The notes beneath the pieces were generated by a model. The model saw only the letters and a program-made list of their open reading frames with translations, did not search any database and was not told where the DNA came from. From a virus: a DNA stretch of 44,206 nt. This document shows positions 34,197-43,935 of this stretch, in pieces. The stretch is taken from IMG/VR virus record IMGVR_UViG_3300009826_000008, positions 1 to 44,206 of that record, one strand, 5' to 3'. Position numbers and translations under genes: made by a program. Numbering within the stretch: position 1 is the stretch's first letter; every line of letters begins with the position of its first letter.

Positions 34197-34694
34197 TTAT
34201 CCAGACCTAGACCAGCCCCACACTGACGGTGCCCACACATTACCGTCTATATTTGACTTCCACACAATGCCGTGATATGTTACCTTGTCTCCGGCACTAT
34301 ACGCGTCATGTCCTCCAATTGGCTGTACCCAAGGCGGTGCTGAACTTGTAACCTCATCCTCTGTGCCAATTAGCCTAAATAGGGCTGCTGTCGAATCAGG
34401 AGTCCAGTTTGCCTGCGATGTGTGACATTGCTGAACCCTGTAAATAAGCCCATTAAAACTAACCAACTGATTCGCCCTATAGTCAATTCCAATCTCCCAC
34501 ATGTCAATAATTGATGTAAGAGTCTTCAGTTGCTCATTAGTGGCTTTATCAAGAATGTCATAAACTACTTCTCGAAATATGCCATCTAAGTCTACTGCTT
34601 CGTTAATCAGCAAACCATTCTCATCGGTGCCAACAATGCGAACGCTTGGTATATTAAAATTATTTTCATGCCTTATAATTATTGCTTTAGACAC
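34197..34694 (-). CDS. Protein with two CBM5/12-like carbohydrate-binding repeats
   Basis: GGAGG lies 6 nt before GTG 34694. The two repeats are YRANQLVSFNGLIYRVQQCHTSQANWTP and YSAGDKVTYHGIVWKSNIDGNVWAPSVWGW. Confidence 0.6.
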   Translation of the reverse strand: MSKAIIIRHENNFNIPSVRIVGTDENGLLINEAVDLDGIFREVVYDILDKATNEQLKTLTSIIDMWEIGIDYRANQLVSFNGLIYRVQQCHTSQANWTPDSTAALFRLIGTEDEVTSSAPPWVQPIGGHDAYSAGDKVTYHGIVWKSNIDGNVWAPSVWGWSRSG

Positions 34695-35196
34695 GAGGAA
34701 CCTCCAACCATACATCACCAGTTAATGCTACACCGTTTCTGGTGTCAATGAATAATCTCATTTTTGGTAAACTGTCTATTTCCTGACTAGTAAAGAATCC
34801 ACTTTCATCGTGGAAACTCTTCCACATTCTTGAGGTTTGGAGTTCAAGACTGTCTGACTGAATGGATTCTGAATAGTGCTCTCCCCAAGCAATGGGGTTA
34901 TGCATTGACAGTCTATTGTGCTGAACTGAACCAAGAAACACAGGTTCATGATGCCAGACTTCCATAAAGTCGAACCAATCTCCCGGATGAAGAGCGTGAA
35001 AACTATATTGTGGTCTTATTGGTTTAGTTGTTACTATACGTTCTCGTTCAAAGTCAAAGTAGGCAATATTAACTTCTGGCTCCACTATTCCAGATTCCCT
35101 TTGGAATACTATCTCGCCGCCCTTAACCAATGTATCAGCCTCAACACCACCAATAAACAATTCGGATTGTTCTCTTCCATTAAAAAAAGTACTCAT
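34687..35196 (-). CDS. Hypothetical fibre-associated protein (169 aa)
   Basis: TAATG overlap with the collagen-like fibre gene. Confidence 0.65.
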   Translation of the reverse strand: MSTFFNGREQSELFIGGVEADTLVKGGEIVFQRESGIVEPEVNIAYFDFERERIVTTKPIRPQYSFHALHPGDWFDFMEVWHHEPVFLGSVQHNRLSMHNPIAWGEHYSESIQSDSLELQTSRMWKSFHDESGFFTSQEIDSLPKMRLFIDTRNGVALTGDVWLEVPRV

Positions 35197-36548
35197 TATG
35201 ATGCCGCCACGAAATACAAATTGCTCGGATTAGCCAAAGATAGTGATAGAGCCAATGTTCTATCAGCAGCCTGAATGGGTGTTATGTTTTCCCCGGGCAA
35301 TCCATCATTTCCCGGAGGACCCTGAACTCCATCTTGACCGGCAACTCCCTGAATGCCTTGTGGTCCTTGTGGACCAGCTGGTCCTTGTGGACCAACATCA
35401 CCATCTTGACCGTCCATACCATTAGGTCCCTGTGGACCCATTGGTCCTTGTGGACCAACTATCTCAGTAATGTCGGCATCCTCTAGGTCTGATACTCTCT
35501 TATCTATATTGCCTATAACATCGTGAAAGTATGGATGTGCCGTATTATCATTGTTGTGACTTGCTATAGCCTCAATCACCTGACCGATAGTTATACCTCC
35601 GCTACCGCCAGTGCCCGGATTAAATCTTTCAAGTGTCTCTGTTACCCAACTCTGAAGTTCTACTCTGTTCTCGGCTACCATTAACTCAAAGCTCTCAATT
35701 AGTTCCATCACTCTATCCTCAAGATTTTCTTGAGATACAAGTTCTACTAATTTTTCATCGATTTCATCAGATGTGTAATAACCAGACAGCATTCTTTCTA
35801 ACTCATCTGTACTTATCTTATCAATTATGTCTATCGACAATGACTCAATCTGGCTCCACACATCGGTAAACTCTGCCTTAGACTCAGCAGATAGGTCATC
35901 AATCATTTGCCTTAAAATACTGTTGCTGTGCATAAGTCCACTAATCATGCTGTGTGCCTCATGACCAGCCCGAGTAAGTTCCAATAGTTCCACAATTGCT
36001 GTTCTTAGACCAGTAATAGCATCAATAGGATGCTGGTCTCTTGACGCTCTTGAGTTGGATGATAGCAATGTATGGTCTAGCCTAAACTCATCCTGTGCCT
36101 CTAAAACAATGCTCTCAATGGGAGCATCAAATCCATCTATCTGTATAACTAAAGCACCCCAGACATCATCGTCTATGGTGTCTTGATTTCTAAATATATA
36201 AACTGGTCTATTATTCTCTCTAACCCACCCTCTAGGAATTGTGAGCGTAGGAAAGAATGGACCATTTTCATTAAATCCAACCTGACAGTCTTGTGGTGGA
36301 ACTACCACAAACTCTGTCCTATTCTGTAGCATACGGGTGTCTGTTCTCAAAAATACAGACCGAGTATCACCAACTCCCACTAAAACCGGGTCTAATATTG
36401 CAACGCCATGTGGAAGTCTCTCGGTCACATCAAAGTCATTTTGAGGTATTTCTGTTCCGTTAGACAATTGAACAATGCCGGGCTTCTCAATCGTCCCATT
36501 GGCTACACCCTCTACGCCATCAGTAAGTATGAATAAAACTCTCGACAT
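35196..36548 (-). CDS. Tail fibre with coiled-coil and collagen-like (G-X-Y) region
   Basis: [57 protein letters not shown] is an uninterrupted run of 19 GXY triplets (57 aa). Confidence 0.8.
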   Translation of the reverse strand: MSRVLFILTDGVEGVANGTIEKPGIVQLSNGTEIPQNDFDVTERLPHGVAILDPVLVGVGDTRSVFLRTDTRMLQNRTEFVVVPPQDCQVGFNENGPFFPTLTIPRGWVRENNRPVYIFRNQDTIDDDVWGALVIQIDGFDAPIESIVLEAQDEFRLDHTLLSSNSRASRDQHPIDAITGLRTAIVELLELTRAGHEAHSMISGLMHSNSILRQMIDDLSAESKAEFTDVWSQIESLSIDIIDKISTDELERMLSGYYTSDEIDEKLVELVSQENLEDRVMELIESFELMVAENRVELQSWVTETLERFNPGTGGSGGITIGQVIEAIASHNNDNTAHPYFHDVIGNIDKRVSDLEDADITEIVGPQGPMGPQGPNGMDGQDGDVGPQGPAGPQGPQGIQGVAGQDGVQGPPGNDGLPGENITPIQAADRTLALSLSLANPSNLYFVAAS

Positions 36549-36561
36549 CTATGTCTCCAAT

Positions 36562-36600
36562 CTAAAATATAAAAATATGCGGGGATTTATCCCTCCCCGC
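36562..36600 (-). terminator. Rho-independent terminator or attenuator after the major capsid gene
   Basis: The minus-strand hairpin gcgggga/tccccgc is followed by atatttttatatttt. Confidence 0.65.
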
Positions 36601-36615
36601 AAGGGAACACTATCA

Positions 36616-37809
36616 TTAAGAGCGTGTACCTCCGCCAGCCATAGCTTGACTAGCTCCAATCTTACCAAGACCATTGTCAGAGACCTGAACCTCGAACAAC
36701 TCATTTGGCTGCATTGCTTGTCCCCCGAACAGAAGCAAGCCACGTTGACGGTCAACGAAGGCTAGTTCAGAGCGGATGCTCTCGGAAGTAGAGAACTGTT
36801 CAGCATATGCTACGGCTCCACGTTGACCAGCTACACAACGGAATGCACCATCACCAGTCATCGCATTAACGCCAACATATGCATCCTGTTGTACTAGCGA
36901 TGCTTCCTCAGCACCCTGTGGAGTACGGTCTCCAGCATCTGGACGCTGTGGGTCAACATTCTCACGGTTGTAAATGTTGCGGTTAGTATTTGGTTCATAG
37001 CGACCAGTGTCACTGTTAAAGGTGGCACCAAGTGTCGGAGTCCCAAAGTAACCACGAGGCATGATTACAACCTCGATACCATTAACAGTACCGATTGCCT
37101 TACCGCTAGTCTTGATTGTGTTACCACTATCTTGACCATAGGCAATAAAGCGTGGGTCTAGGCGCAAGGTACCCTCAACGAATGAAGGAACGATTACAAA
37201 TCTACCACTTTCCTCGACAAGTGCATCTGTCATAACGATTCCAAGGGCAACGAATGCCTCATAAACATCAAATGATGGGTCAGACACATCCCAAATTAGT
37301 GGGTCTGCACCAGTACCGCCCTTAAACCCGAGACCATTCGGGTCTTCTTGAGCTGCACCCTCAAGCATGCGTGCATATATGAATCGCTCAGTATCGCGAG
37401 CAAGCTCCTCTGAAGCACTTTCAGCCATACGAGATACGAACTCTGGCTTAGATTGTGCCTTCTCAATGTCTTCTACCTCAAATGCCCAATAACGAGATTG
37501 GTCGATAGTGAAGTCCATTTTGAATGACTTTGCACTTTCATACTGAACTACAGTGTGGTTAACAATGTAGTCATCGGTGAATACCTTACCAGTACCGTAG
37601 ACCCATACGCGGTCTCCAGCCTCTTTAATATCACCTTCGTAGTCACGATTAACATAATTAGTCAAAATACGTTTTTGCTCTAGATAATGCTTAATGCGAT
37701 TTGTCCAAATCTCTGGGACAAAATTAGGCACACTAAAACGATTTTCACCACCAACATCCGCACGATTACGGTATGAAGCTGGTTGAGTGGGTGTTACAGG
37801 ATTACTCAT
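36616..37809 (-). CDS. Major capsid protein
   Basis: 397 aa. It lies immediately downstream of the scaffold gene and is followed by a terminator. The portal-scaffold-capsid order is canonical. Confidence 0.8.
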   Translation of the reverse strand: MSNPVTPTQPASYRNRADVGGENRFSVPNFVPEIWTNRIKHYLEQKRILTNYVNRDYEGDIKEAGDRVWVYGTGKVFTDDYIVNHTVVQYESAKSFKMDFTIDQSRYWAFEVEDIEKAQSKPEFVSRMAESASEELARDTERFIYARMLEGAAQEDPNGLGFKGGTGADPLIWDVSDPSFDVYEAFVALGIVMTDALVEESGRFVIVPSFVEGTLRLDPRFIAYGQDSGNTIKTSGKAIGTVNGIEVVIMPRGYFGTPTLGATFNSDTGRYEPNTNRNIYNRENVDPQRPDAGDRTPQGAEEASLVQQDAYVGVNAMTGDGAFRCVAGQRGAVAYAEQFSTSESIRSELAFVDRQRGLLLFGGQAMQPNELFEVQVSDNGLGKIGASQAMAGGGTRS

Positions 37810-37833
37810 AGCTTTTGCCTTTCACTAGGCTTT

Positions 37834-38574
37834 CTAGCCGGCATATGCCTTCATGATATTGGCGAAGTTCTTAGTGAAGTCTTCGTCACTCATGCTGGCG
37901 ATATCATCAGCATTGAAAGATTGTGCAGCGGCTCGCCTGTCTGGTGCTGGAGTTTGTGCACCGGGGACTAGCTCACCCTGCTGTTTTATTTTTGCTTCTA
38001 GCGCAGCAGCAGCCTGTGGACCAATCTTGTCAAACATCATATCGCGATATGCAACACGAGGAATCGGGATACCTGTGTTCTGCATGTACTCAAGTAGTTG
38101 AGCATCATCGAAGTCTGGATGACCAGCATCCGTTACCTCTTTATGCAGTTGTGCAATCTGTGACATTTGAGATTGTTGCTGCTGCATTGCACTTAACTCG
38201 GCTCTCATAGCCTCCACGTCAAGTGCTGCCGCATCAACCTCGCCCGTATAAAAGTTTGCGATATGTTGCTGAAGTGCAATATTGCTTCGCAAGTCTTGAG
38301 CAAGTTCTGCGAGTGGTTCTAGCTGTCTACGCTCATCTGCCAGAGCCTGCGTTTTTTGAGTAAAGTTTTGGTGTGTGTCCAAAAGCTGCTCCATCGTAAC
38401 GCCTTCTGGCAAAATTGGTGCAGCAGGGTCAACAAAGTGTGGGTCTCCAGTTGGGTCAATAGCAATAGGGTCTTGAGCTACCTGCTCAAGCATTTCCTGC
38501 TGCCCTACCGGGTCCATCATTGATGGGTCTGCTACTTGTGCTGCTGGGTCAGCAGCGGGTACTACATTAGCCAT
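37834..38574 (-). CDS. Scaffolding protein
   Basis: A/Q/E-rich helical protein of 246 aa located between the portal and capsid genes. Confidence 0.7.
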   Translation of the reverse strand: MANVVPAADPAAQVADPSMMDPVGQQEMLEQVAQDPIAIDPTGDPHFVDPAAPILPEGVTMEQLLDTHQNFTQKTQALADERRQLEPLAELAQDLRSNIALQQHIANFYTGEVDAAALDVEAMRAELSAMQQQQSQMSQIAQLHKEVTDAGHPDFDDAQLLEYMQNTGIPIPRVAYRDMMFDKIGPQAAAALEAKIKQQGELVPGAQTPAPDRRAAAQSFNADDIASMSDEDFTKNFANIMKAYAG

Positions 38575-38659
38575 TTCATTCTCCTAGCATGACACTACTC
38601 GAACCGTTCGTCTACCATAGACACTGTTCTTGCCGTTCGTCATCATCGTTTGTGGCTGT

Positions 38660-40474
38660 TTACATATTATCTATAGGAAATGCCCCTTGAGGACCTGCTC
38701 CCATTTGACCTTGTGGTGGCATTTCTTGCGGAGGTGGTCCTCCGCCTTGCGCTGCCATCTGCGCTTCTTGTTCAGCCTGTTGCTGCTCTTGCATTTCAGC
38801 CATTATCTTTGCTTTGTTGGTTATGATGTCATTTTCCAATCCGGGAATCATTGACATGCGAGCAATAAACTCATCACTGATTGGTATACCGGCAGACATT
38901 CGCATATTGATAACATCATCTAATTGCTCTCGCGTATTGCGAGGAGTAGTAGAGCCCGGGACAACCTTTAGTGAAAACTTCCAGTCCTCAAGGTCTTGCT
39001 TGCTGAACATAAACATATCAAGTCCAGCAGTAGACTCATTGCTTTGGATTGTTCTGGTATCTTCCCAGAACTGCTCAATGATATCAAGGGTTAAGTCTCC
39101 GAAGTCAACTAACGCCTCTTCAACTCGCCTTGCACGTTCACGTGTTCTAACGTCTCCTGCTTCCTTCTGCATAGAAGTAGTTCCTACAGGCTGACGTGAT
39201 GGAACGATACCGCGCAATACATCTGGAAGTCCTAGAACCCTATCCATAGCAATATTCTGCTGTTCAAGAGTTTGGAATATTCCCTGCGGTACAGACTCTC
39301 CAGAGTCACGATACACTTCAGAACCGGGATTCTTCATAAGCACAGTACGTGGACCGTATCCATTAAACATATCTTCAGTCAGTCCAGACGTAGTGTCTGC
39401 AACCCACATACCGTGTGCCAACCAAAGACCATTATCAATGATGGTACGCAGTAATGTGTTGATTGTGTCTTGAATGCTGAACGCTCTCCAAATGGTAGCA
39501 TCCCCCCAGAACTCTCCGGGACGAGGAAGTTCTACAAAGCGTACATATGGGAACATTGTATATGGGTTCTCTTTATCATCCAGCACAACTTCACCATCAT
39601 TTGTAATTAGAGAATAGCGACCATTGCGATATGATGTTTCTGGCTCAGTCTCTCCCTCTTCAATGACTGGTCCATCTCGGTACCAGCATTCAAGAATATC
39701 AACTGATTGTCCCATATCATCAGATGGTGTACTTGGTCCAGATGAACCCTTATTATCCAGCTCTGCCTCTGCCTCTACCAAAGTATCAATAACTTCCTCA
39801 TACCTATCTGGGAAGTTCTCGTAAATCCACGACAGTGGAACTGGCTTCTTTTCTATAATGTATTGTGAGTCTCTAACACTCGAAGCATACGGGTCAGGAT
39901 AAACATACCTAGGGGGAACAACCTCCACCTCAATACGACCAATGCCTGTTGTTGAGATATTGTTAGGATTCCACCTAAGCTTTAAGAATCCTGTTCCATA
40001 CAGGAATGTAAGCAATATTACTTGTGCTAGCTTATTTTGCATGTGAGTGTCTTCCCACACAAAATCCAATACATCATTAACGCGGTCAACCATTTTAGAA
40101 ATAGACTGTTGAGCTGTTTCTTCAATTCCGTTCATTTCCTGTACATTAGCCATAGCCTGATTATTTGCGTCAACGCGCTGAACTTCATCTTGGAATGACT
40201 CCATTAGCTCCTGAGGAACACCAAGGGGAAATATATCAAGACCCCACTTAGAGTCAGACAAATAGCCGCGCATAATCTCAACATATTCAAATATCTTATT
40301 ATATGTAGGTTCTGACTGGAACCAAGCTATACTATCTATACCTTCCCAATGCTTGCCATCATAATAATTTTTAGCATCTTCCCATTGTTCTTCATAGTTT
40401 GCTTCACGGAACTGCTTTGATTGCTCAAATAGCTCTTTGAGGCGTTCCACAGGAACATTATCAAACTGTGCCAT
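38660..40474 (-). CDS. Portal protein
   Basis: 604 aa. Its start abuts the terL stop. The C-terminal tail is Q/E/G/P-rich. Confidence 0.85.
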   Translation of the reverse strand: MAQFDNVPVERLKELFEQSKQFREANYEEQWEDAKNYYDGKHWEGIDSIAWFQSEPTYNKIFEYVEIMRGYLSDSKWGLDIFPLGVPQELMESFQDEVQRVDANNQAMANVQEMNGIEETAQQSISKMVDRVNDVLDFVWEDTHMQNKLAQVILLTFLYGTGFLKLRWNPNNISTTGIGRIEVEVVPPRYVYPDPYASSVRDSQYIIEKKPVPLSWIYENFPDRYEEVIDTLVEAEAELDNKGSSGPSTPSDDMGQSVDILECWYRDGPVIEEGETEPETSYRNGRYSLITNDGEVVLDDKENPYTMFPYVRFVELPRPGEFWGDATIWRAFSIQDTINTLLRTIIDNGLWLAHGMWVADTTSGLTEDMFNGYGPRTVLMKNPGSEVYRDSGESVPQGIFQTLEQQNIAMDRVLGLPDVLRGIVPSRQPVGTTSMQKEAGDVRTRERARRVEEALVDFGDLTLDIIEQFWEDTRTIQSNESTAGLDMFMFSKQDLEDWKFSLKVVPGSTTPRNTREQLDDVINMRMSAGIPISDEFIARMSMIPGLENDIITNKAKIMAEMQEQQQAEQEAQMAAQGGGPPPQEMPPQGQMGAGPQGAFPIDNM

Positions 40475-42058
40475 TTACAAACTCCTCCATGAAAGATTAG
40501 ATTGATTACTTCTTTGTTGCGGTAGACCAGTAAACATTGAACCAGCACGAGCAGAAGGCATTGTTATTGTTCCTTCTAAAGCCAATGCTAAAGCCATAAC
40601 ACAGTCATCATATGAACCCTCACGCTTAGGAGCATTAAGACGACCACGACTGTCCTCTTCATACTCTGACATTTCTATCAAAGTTTGTTGGTCTGGTATA
40701 AAGAGAGGATTTTCCTGCTTAGCAATCGCCTCTCTAAGATGTGTGATTATTCTTGGCTTTGTAGCTACGGTAGTTCTAAATCCCGGTTTTAATGTTGGCT
40801 TGTCATATATGTTGTCTCGTACTTGCCTACAGTACAGCATATTGTAATCACCCTTGAGAGTTTCAAGAATGTAGTCAGCACTAGCATTGGATTCAACAAC
40901 TAGCCAAGCATTTCTGTAATAGCGACCAAGCTGAGAAATAGGTAAGACGTAATCTTCGGGTGCAATCTTTGCTCTAAGTTGAGCAACTAAGCGATTCGTT
41001 GTTGCATCTAAAACTTGTGCAACAGAGTAGTCAGACTTAGTAAGACCTTCAGCTACATCTACACCTATCGTATAGCGATGACCGGGAATAGGTTCTTCAA
41101 ATATTTTTAAGAATCCATTTTCGTCTTCAGTTATCGACCCGTCCATGTTAAAGTATCCTTGACGCTTGGGTATAATATTTTTAGCGTGTACATACTCTAA
41201 CATGTGGTCGATAATATCGTTATTGAAAACACTTCTGTCTGATGACATAAATGCTTCTCTTGGAGTTTCTGGATATGCTTGATAGTAACCAGTCACATCA
41301 TGAGCAAAGTCTTTTTTAGCTTGAGCCAGAAACTCTTTTGTATACAATGGATGTTCAGAAGCCTTGAGAAAAACAGGAGTAAAACTGTTCTTCTTTGTTT
41401 CTGCACCCTTCCAAATATCGTAGTAAAGGTTGTTGCGACCGTTAGATGTAGATATGATTCTAACAATCGTCTTAGGACCGATTGAGGGCTTAATAGCTCT
41501 CCAAGTCTCATAGTCGTTTTCCTTACGACTCATTTCGTCCATTATGTAGAGTCCGGGAGCTGCACCGTGTCCAGCAGACTTCCTTCCACTAATGGCATGA
41601 ATCGCGCTACCATTACTGAATTCTATTATATCATAGTTATCTCTGCGTGTACGTCCGCCAGAACGTCCCCCCATGGTAGCGCGTTTTTGCATCCATTCTG
41701 GGAGATTGTCATAAATAAACTTAATGCGTGTAAATTGCTCTTGAACTTCCTTGATACCAATAGATGTGATGTAGACATGAAAGTTGTCCTTGAACATGCA
41801 CATCCAAAGTGCTTCTGCTACTGCTATCCAAGAAAGACCATATTGACGAGCCTTCAAAATAACAGTTTTTCGATTCCGAGCAAACTTTCTAACAGTTTTC
41901 TTCTGAGGTTCCCATAGCTTCCAATCTACTGGGTCTCCACCCTCTTTAGCCCACATGTAGCAAAACTCATCAATGAAGTATTCAAGTGATTTACTTGACT
42001 TTCTCCACTGGAGCTCCCTCAAGGCTAGAATCTTCTGCCTCTTGTTTGTCATCATCAT
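40475..42058 (-). CDS. terL: Terminase large subunit
   Basis: Walker A-like ILKARQYGLSW, Walker B LYIMDEMS, and 527 aa. Confidence 0.9.
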   Translation of the reverse strand: MMMTNKRQKILALRELQWRKSSKSLEYFIDEFCYMWAKEGGDPVDWKLWEPQKKTVRKFARNRKTVILKARQYGLSWIAVAEALWMCMFKDNFHVYITSIGIKEVQEQFTRIKFIYDNLPEWMQKRATMGGRSGGRTRRDNYDIIEFSNGSAIHAISGRKSAGHGAAPGLYIMDEMSRKENDYETWRAIKPSIGPKTIVRIISTSNGRNNLYYDIWKGAETKKNSFTPVFLKASEHPLYTKEFLAQAKKDFAHDVTGYYQAYPETPREAFMSSDRSVFNNDIIDHMLEYVHAKNIIPKRQGYFNMDGSITEDENGFLKIFEEPIPGHRYTIGVDVAEGLTKSDYSVAQVLDATTNRLVAQLRAKIAPEDYVLPISQLGRYYRNAWLVVESNASADYILETLKGDYNMLYCRQVRDNIYDKPTLKPGFRTTVATKPRIITHLREAIAKQENPLFIPDQQTLIEMSEYEEDSRGRLNAPKREGSYDDCVMALALALEGTITMPSARAGSMFTGLPQQRSNQSNLSWRSL

Positions 42059-42464
42059 CTCCTAAAAGCAACGCAAGTTCTTTGTCACTCAAAGAGGACA
42101 TATCAAGTTCTTCTTCATCTTCTTTGGTTTGCATGTCATTTCTAAACTTGCCCATGACTCCTGCAATCTCAAGAACCATTTTAGCAGCAGTAGTGTTACC
42201 ATCAAGAGCCTTTACCTTCAAGGCTGCCATTATGGCTGAAATATCCTCTGGTGAGAAAAAGTCAAAAGCAGCGTTGACAACCATGGCTCTAAAGTCTGGG
42301 TCTCTTTCCCATTTGTTCAAAGCCATCCTAGAGATGCCATACTTTTCAGCAAACTCTGTCTTGGTTGTAGGGAAACCAGCCATCTGCCTATTAGCGCTGT
42401 TTCCAAGTTGCAACCATTTAACGTAGTTTTCCTTGGCTCCAGCATTTTTATCTAACTTAGGCAT
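41991..42464 (-). CDS. terS: Terminase small subunit (HTH)
   Basis: AAGGAGAG RBS before ATG 42464. HTH-like segment TEFAEKYGISRMALNKWERD and an acidic C-terminus. Lies directly upstream of terL. Confidence 0.65.
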   Translation of the reverse strand: MPKLDKNAGAKENYVKWLQLGNSANRQMAGFPTTKTEFAEKYGISRMALNKWERDPDFRAMVVNAAFDFFSPEDISAIMAALKVKALDGNTTAAKMVLEIAGVMGKFRNDMQTKEDEEELDMSSLSDKELALLLGDDDDKQEAEDSSLEGAPVEKVK

Positions 42465-42720
42465 TAGCCGCTCTCCTTGCCTCTTCTTCCATTTGAATCT
42501 TAATATCTCTGTATGGGTCTCTAGTGGCAGCCCTACGTCTAGCTTCTCTTCTTTCGGCAGCAGTTTTAGTTCCAGCAAATGTTGGATGTTGTATTCCGGG
42601 AGAAGGAAGATTCTCAAAGTCTACAAATTCAGGTTCTACTTTCCCAGCTTCAAATATTCGCAACTGCCTAAAGTACTCTTTCCAAAATATCTTAGAAAAG
42701 CTTTTCAAGGTACGTTCCAT
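42457..42720 (-). CDS. Hypothetical protein (87 aa), Arg-rich C-terminus
   Basis: AAGGAG RBS. The stop overlaps the terS start (ATGCCTAA). Confidence 0.65.
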   Translation of the reverse strand: MERTLKSFSKIFWKEYFRQLRIFEAGKVEPEFVDFENLPSPGIQHPTFAGTKTAAERREARRRAATRDPYRDIKIQMEEEARRAANA

Positions 42721-43003
42721 GAAACTCCTTCAATCCCATAGTTGGATGATAAACAACAAAAGAACCTACACCAGTTGGAGAAGGTCCAACCACAGTAACT
42801 ACTGGCAAAGAAATATGTTCACTATTTAGACTACACAGTGTACCGCTTGGGAATCTCTCACCAATAGCTAACTGTTTATTGACTTCACTAACAAAGTGAC
42901 GAAACTCTTTCTCAAGAGACTTAAGTGTAGTTCTTCCAGTATGACTAATCTCTTCCTTCAAGTTTTCTGAGTTAATTTCTAAAGTATCAACTGATTTTGT
43001 CAT
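42692..43003 (-). CDS. Hypothetical protein (103 aa)
   Basis: One of the first long ORFs of the late arm. Confidence 0.6.
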   Translation of the reverse strand: MTKSVDTLEINSENLKEEISHTGRTTLKSLEKEFRHFVSEVNKQLAIGERFPSGTLCSLNSEHISLPVVTVVGPSPTGVGSFVVYHPTMGLKEFHGTYLEKLF

Positions 43004-43163
43004 AAAGTCTCTCTAGTCCTTTTCTATCATAGTTTTTAAAGTTATCTGTAAAGTTAGCCATAATCATATCATCTTCTAATTCATCTAAGCATAAGTAACA
43101 CATTTTAACTTTATCTATAATCTCATATCTACTTAACTTAACATTACAAACTATACATAACAT
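42987..43163 (-). CDS. 58-aa zinc-ribbon ORF (MLCIVCN...MCYLCLDEL)
   Basis: Translated by hand. AGGAGAG lies 11 nt upstream. It overlaps the next gene by 17 nt. Confidence 0.4.
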   Translation of the reverse strand: MLCIVCNVKLSRYEIIDKVKMCYLCLDELEDDMIMANFTDNFKNYDRKGLERLYDKIS

Positions 43164-43935
43164 AATAAATTATACTCTCCTATATAAACAAGAAAAAAGA
43201 AGATAACCATAATTAATATTACTTATAATAAATAATACCAAAGTCTATTATCTTCTATATTCTTTATATAACCATATCTATAAATAGATATATTAAAATT
43301 ATAACACATTAAGATTATTTGTCAAGTCATATATTTTTATGTTTTTTATTTTTTTTGATACCCCCCCTGTCAAAAACCTAACAAAAATGTTATAGTTTTG
43401 ACAGTTTACAATTAAACAATACAATTAATTTTATATTTAAGGTGATATTTGAGATGTAAACTGATTATTTTTGTGGGTCTATGTGTATCCCCCCCCACCA
43501 ACCCCCTGGGTGTCGCACCCCCCCGAATGAACCAACATACATGCTGAACGTATGTATCTACTAGATACTTCCACACACACCACTACCTGCAATAATATTT
43601 ACAAATACTATATATGCTATACTTTCAAAAAATACTACCATCATGGGGAAAATCAATAAAAATAATGATTCCTATTACTAGCGAGTCCATGAGTCATATG
43701 CTATATGATGTATAGTATAGATACTCTCGGCACCGTGTACACATACATACACAGTGTATGTATATTTGAGGGTACTACCATAAACTCATCACATTGTCAA
43801 ACTAATCTTACATATTGTATTAAAGTAACGTAACCGTAACGCAACCTGGCATCACGTAGACAAAAGACTCCACCTAAACTAATATTAGATACATGGACTA
43901 GCACAGGGCTAGACCCTAAACAAAGGAGCAAAAAC

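Noticed and set aside
36549-36755. 68-aa minus-strand ORF overlapping the 3' end of the capsid gene
   Set aside because: It is out of frame within the capsid gene and spans the terminator hairpin.
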